Assembly (NCBI GenBank): GCA_963775425.1
Contig: CAVZJB010000006.1
Location: 64,001-128,000 of the forward strand
DNA: 64,000 nt
Reading direction: 5' to 3'
Source of the DNA: an uncultured delta proteobacterium
GTDB lineage: Bacteria > Myxococcota > UBA727 > VGSZ01
Below the pieces are notes generated by a model that saw only the letters and a program-made list of their open reading frames with translations, did not search any database and was not told the origin of the DNA. Made by a program: the position numbers and the translations under genes. This document shows positions 60,659-64,000 of the stretch, piece after piece. Position 1 is the first letter of the stretch, and each line of letters starts with the position of its first letter.

Positions 60659-61581
60659 GCGGCGAGATCGTCTTCATCGTGAACCCGCGGTCCGCAAACG
60701 GCGCGACGCTGCGCCGGTTCGAGCGTGTGCGCGGGCGCTTCGCGCAGGAGCTCGGCGACATCGAGGTGAAGCTCACCGAGCGGCCCCGGCACGCCAGCGA
60801 GCTGAGCCGGGCCGCCGTCGACGGCGGCGCCCGCGCCGTCATCAGCGTCGGCGGCGACGGCACCAACAACGAGGTCGTCAACGGCTTCTTCGACGACGAA
60901 GGGCACGGCGTCGGCGACGGCACCTGCGCCTTCGGCGTGGTCACGAGCGGCACCGGCGGCGACTTCCGCCGCACGTTTTCCTGGAGCACCGAGCCGCTCG
61001 ACGACCTCGCCCGCCTCAAGCGGTTTCAGACGCGCAAGATCGACGTCGGCCGCGTGGTCTTCGCCGACGGCGCCGCCCGCACCTTCGTCAACATCGCCAG
61101 CTTCGGCATGAGCGGCGAGGTCGTCGACGTCGTCAACCACTCGAGCAAGGCGCTCGGCGCCAAGCTCTCCTTCATGCTCGGCTCCGTGCGCACGATGATC
61201 GGGCACAAGCCGCAGGCGGTGCGCATCACGCTCGACGACGGCGAGTCGTGGCAGGACGACGTCACCCTCGTCGCCGTCGCCAACGGCCAGTACTTCGGCG
61301 GCGGCATGTGGATCGCGCCCGAGGCCAAGGTCGACGACGGCCAGTTCGACTGCGTCGCGGTGAGCGGAGGCGGACTGGGATTCTGGTTGCGCGAAGGTCT
61401 CAAGGTGTACGGTGGCAAGCACATCGGACTCCCCGGGGTTCGCGTGTCGCGCTGCAAGAAGGTGCGCGCGGAGCCGCTGCACGCGGGTGAGCGTGTCCTC
61501 GTCGAGATCGACGGGGAGCAGCCCGGCGTCCTGCCTGCCACCTTCGAGATTCTCCCCGGGGCGCTCCCGCTGCTCGTGTAG
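60655..61581 (+). CDS. Diacylglycerol kinase family lipid kinase (YegS/BmrU)
   Basis: IVNPRS, GGDGTNNEVVNG, GTGGDF, NGQYFGGGM, EIDGE. Confidence 0.92.
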   Translation: MSGEIVFIVNPRSANGATLRRFERVRGRFAQELGDIEVKLTERPRHASELSRAAVDGGARAVISVGGDGTNNEVVNGFFDDEGHGVGDGTCAFGVVTSGTGGDFRRTFSWSTEPLDDLARLKRFQTRKIDVGRVVFADGAARTFVNIASFGMSGEVVDVVNHSSKALGAKLSFMLGSVRTMIGHKPQAVRITLDDGESWQDDVTLVAVANGQYFGGGMWIAPEAKVDDGQFDCVAVSGGGLGFWLREGLKVYGGKHIGLPGVRVSRCKKVRAEPLHAGERVLVEIDGEQPGVLPATFEILPGALPLLV

Positions 61582-61649
61582 GTCCGCCGACGACGCAGGG
61601 TCCGCGGGTCGCAATTTTGCCCGACGTGGCCGCTCCCCCAGGCCGCAAT

Positions 61650-61664
61650 TGGCACCGGCGACGC
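61650..61664 (+). promoter_or_regulatory. Possible sigma-54 promoter
   Basis: TGGCACCGGCGACGC has GG-N10-GC spacing upstream of the FHA gene; the -12 element is weak. Confidence 0.25.
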
Positions 61665-61707
61665 CGGGTGTGCTTGAATCGGAGCGCGTACGCGTTGGGA
61701 GGCCCTG

Positions 61708-63849
61708 TTGGCCGGATCAAAACAGGAAGCTCGCGCGGCCCCCGCTCAGCCGGGGCCGGCCGGGCAGGGAGCGGGGGTCACGCCCGCTGCGTTCACGCTC
61801 GTCCACTCGGTGATCGGCAAGAAGAGCACGCTCTTTCCGCCGACGCGGCTGATGAACCCGGTGACGTACATCGGGCGCACGCCGGGCAACGACATCATCC
61901 TCGAGAGCGACAACGTCTCCCGCCGCCACGCCAAGCTCGTCGTCGGTGACACCGGGATCACCGTCCACGACCTCGACAGCCACAACGGCATCTTCCTGAA
62001 CGGCAAGAAGGTGCGCTCCACGCCCGTCAATGTCGGCGACCTCCTGTACGTCGCCGACATCTGCATCGAGCTCAAGAAGAGCCCCGACGCCGACCAGTTC
62101 GCGCACCAGCCGTCGCGGATCGCGTCCCATGACGAGATCACCGGGGAGGAGGACCCGGCGGTCCGCTCGCTGGCCACGCTCCTGCGCGCCACCGAGCTCA
62201 TCAGCGGCGACGACGACGAGGCCTGGCCGGTGCAGGCCATCGAGCTGTGCCGCGAGCTCACCGAGGCCACCGTCGCGGTCCTCGTGGCCGTCGACAGCGA
62301 CGGCGCGCTCGAGACGCCGGTGGTGCTGCAGCCGGAGAACAACCGCAAAGGCGAGGTCCCCGTCCTGTGGCCCATCGTCAAGAAGGCGCTGGACGAGGGG
62401 ACCGCGCAGTTCTCGGCGGACATGAGGCGCGAGCCAATCTCCAAAGACGAGTCGGTGGTGAAGAGCGACGTCGGCGCGGTGATGTGCGTGCCGGTGCTCG
62501 TCGACGGCCAGAGCGACGGCGCCGTCTACCTGGCGCGGCCGTCGCCGGGCCAGGTGTTCACCGAGCGCGAGCTCGAGGCCGTCTCCGCCGTCACCCAGCT
62601 CTTCGCGCTGCGGCGCCGGCGCTCGCAGAAGGCCGCGTACGACTTCGAGCCCCACGGCGACATCGTCACCGCCCGCGCCAAAGCCGAGGCCGCAGAGGAG
62701 AAGCTGCGCGAGGCGCAGAGCGACGTGCGCTCGCTCACCGAGCGCATCCACGGCCTCGAGGCCGACGCGCTCAAGCTCCGTCAGCAGATCGACATCGAGA
62801 AGCAGAACGCCGTCGAGGCCAAGCGCGAGGCCGACCGCGGCCGCGCGGAGGCGCACAAGCTCGAGCAGGGGCTGCACAAGACCGACGAGGACGTGAAGAA
62901 GCTGAAGGACGCCCTCGTGCGCAGCGAGGAGGAGCGCCAGCGGCTCAAGGAGACCCTCAAGGAGCGCAACGCGGAGCTCGACAAGCTGCGCGATGCGGTG
63001 AAGCAGAGCGAGGCCGACCAGGAGCAGCTCCGCAGCGAGATCGCCGACCACGTCCGCCGCGGCCAGGCGGGGGACGACGACCTCAAGGCCAGGCTCGACC
63101 AGCTCGAGCAGGAGCGCGCGGCGCACGAGGCCACCAAGAAGGAAGCCGACGAGATGCGCGACGGCTTCGAGAAGGCGGTGGCGGAGCAGGCGGCCACCGT
63201 GGAGTCGCTCAAGCAAGCCATGCGCGCCACGGCGCCGCCCATGCTCGCCGACCACGTCGAGGGCGCGGCCGTCGAGGGAAAGCCCCTCGTCACCGACGTC
63301 GCCACCGGCACCATCGCCGCGCTCTACATCACCCTCCACGGCTTCGACGCGTGGGCGCAGTCGGCCGAGCCGGCCGCGGTGAAGAAGCGGCTCGACCACT
63401 TCTGCAACTCCGTCGCGCTGCGCGCGAAGGCGAACGGCGGCCGCGTGCAGCAGGTGCTCGGCAGCGCCCACCTCGTGGTCTTTCCCGCCGACGCCGCCAG
63501 CGTCCGCGCCGCCGTGCGCTGCGGGCTCGAGATCGAGTCGCTGGTCCCGGTGGAGGACGGCGTGGGCGTCGGTTGCGCGCTCCACGTCGGCGGCTCGTCG
63601 TCGGGCTTCTTCGGCGAGGGCGACAGCGCCACCCTGGTGGAGGCCGGCGAGGCCCTCTCGGTGGCCCGCGGCGTCGGGGCGCTCGCCCACGAGCCGCTGT
63701 TCTACGCCACGCAGGCCGTGCAGAAGCTCGTCACGGGTGATCCCACCTTCGCCTTCGCCATCGCCGGCCCCGCCGCGCTGGTCGGCGGACCCACGGTCTT
63801 GCTCTTCAGGGTATCCTCGGCGGAAGGCGCGGGAGGGGGCGCCGCATGA
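61708..63849 (+). CDS. FHA-GAF-coiled-coil-degenerate class III nucleotide cyclase protein
   Basis: IGR..GNDI.L....VSRRHA...DLDSHNG (FHA); AVMCVPV...GAVYL (GAF); long heptad region; cyclase-like C-terminus. Start uncertain (up to ATG 61852). Confidence 0.8.
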   Translation: MAGSKQEARAAPAQPGPAGQGAGVTPAAFTLVHSVIGKKSTLFPPTRLMNPVTYIGRTPGNDIILESDNVSRRHAKLVVGDTGITVHDLDSHNGIFLNGKKVRSTPVNVGDLLYVADICIELKKSPDADQFAHQPSRIASHDEITGEEDPAVRSLATLLRATELISGDDDEAWPVQAIELCRELTEATVAVLVAVDSDGALETPVVLQPENNRKGEVPVLWPIVKKALDEGTAQFSADMRREPISKDESVVKSDVGAVMCVPVLVDGQSDGAVYLARPSPGQVFTERELEAVSAVTQLFALRRRRSQKAAYDFEPHGDIVTARAKAEAAEEKLREAQSDVRSLTERIHGLEADALKLRQQIDIEKQNAVEAKREADRGRAEAHKLEQGLHKTDEDVKKLKDALVRSEEERQRLKETLKERNAELDKLRDAVKQSEADQEQLRSEIADHVRRGQAGDDDLKARLDQLEQERAAHEATKKEADEMRDGFEKAVAEQAATVESLKQAMRATAPPMLADHVEGAAVEGKPLVTDVATGTIAALYITLHGFDAWAQSAEPAAVKKRLDHFCNSVALRAKANGGRVQQVLGSAHLVVFPADAASVRAAVRCGLEIESLVPVEDGVGVGCALHVGGSSSGFFGEGDSATLVEAGEALSVARGVGALAHEPLFYATQAVQKLVTGDPTFAFAIAGPAALVGGPTVLLFRVSSAEGAGGGAA

Positions 63850-64000
63850 GCGCAGAGCTTCCGCGAAACTTCGGGACGTACACGCTGCTGAAGCTGCTCG
63901 CGCGCGGCGGCATGGGCGAGATCTACCTGGCCCGCACGCAGGGGATCACGGGGTTCGAGAAGTACTACGCGGTCAAGAAGCTCCTGAAGAAGTTCACGCA
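63846..64000 (+). CDS. Ser/Thr protein kinase, N-terminal fragment (truncated by window end)
   Basis: MSAELPRNFGTYTLLKLLARGGMGEIYLA...GFEKYYAVKKL; ATGA overlap with the upstream gene. Confidence 0.9.
   Translation, partial: MSAELPRNFGTYTLLKLLARGGMGEIYLARTQGITGFEKYYAVKKLLKKFT

Overview
Very GC-rich bacterial chromosomal segment. It is almost certainly Myxococcota-like, given the MYXO-CTERM sorting tail, PEGA Ser/Thr kinases, FHA proteins, an AgmX-like GYF_2 protein and two NtrC-type activators. About 58 real CDS are present, and most long ORFs in the supplied track are GC-rich shadow frames. Core content: a glycosyltransferase/AsnB cluster, methylmalonyl-CoA mutase plus MeaB, two-component genes, an aldehyde dehydrogenase, an hcrCAB-like molybdoenzyme with XdhC/MocA, ppc, a MaoC pair, an MCE/Mla-type transporter with a UbiB kinase, a deoxynucleoside kinase, an RluA-family synthase, pfkA, and an AGPS-like/GlcEF-like/lipid-kinase operon. 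Best candidates for something new: (1) a cassette between the mutase and meaB, made of a ~420-nt highly structured non-coding element followed by an MqsA-like HTH-nucleotidyltransferase and a second nucleotidyltransferase; (2) an MCE transporter with two permeases and two ATPases whose motif defects are exactly complementary, predicting one consensus and one degenerate ATP site. Other oddities are a pseudokinase-STAS fusion coupled to an AhpD-like protein, a pseudo-cyclase signalling protein and an activator lacking GAFTGA. Three or four apparent frameshifts suggest some assembly indel errors. All calls come from motif reading only; no database searches were run.
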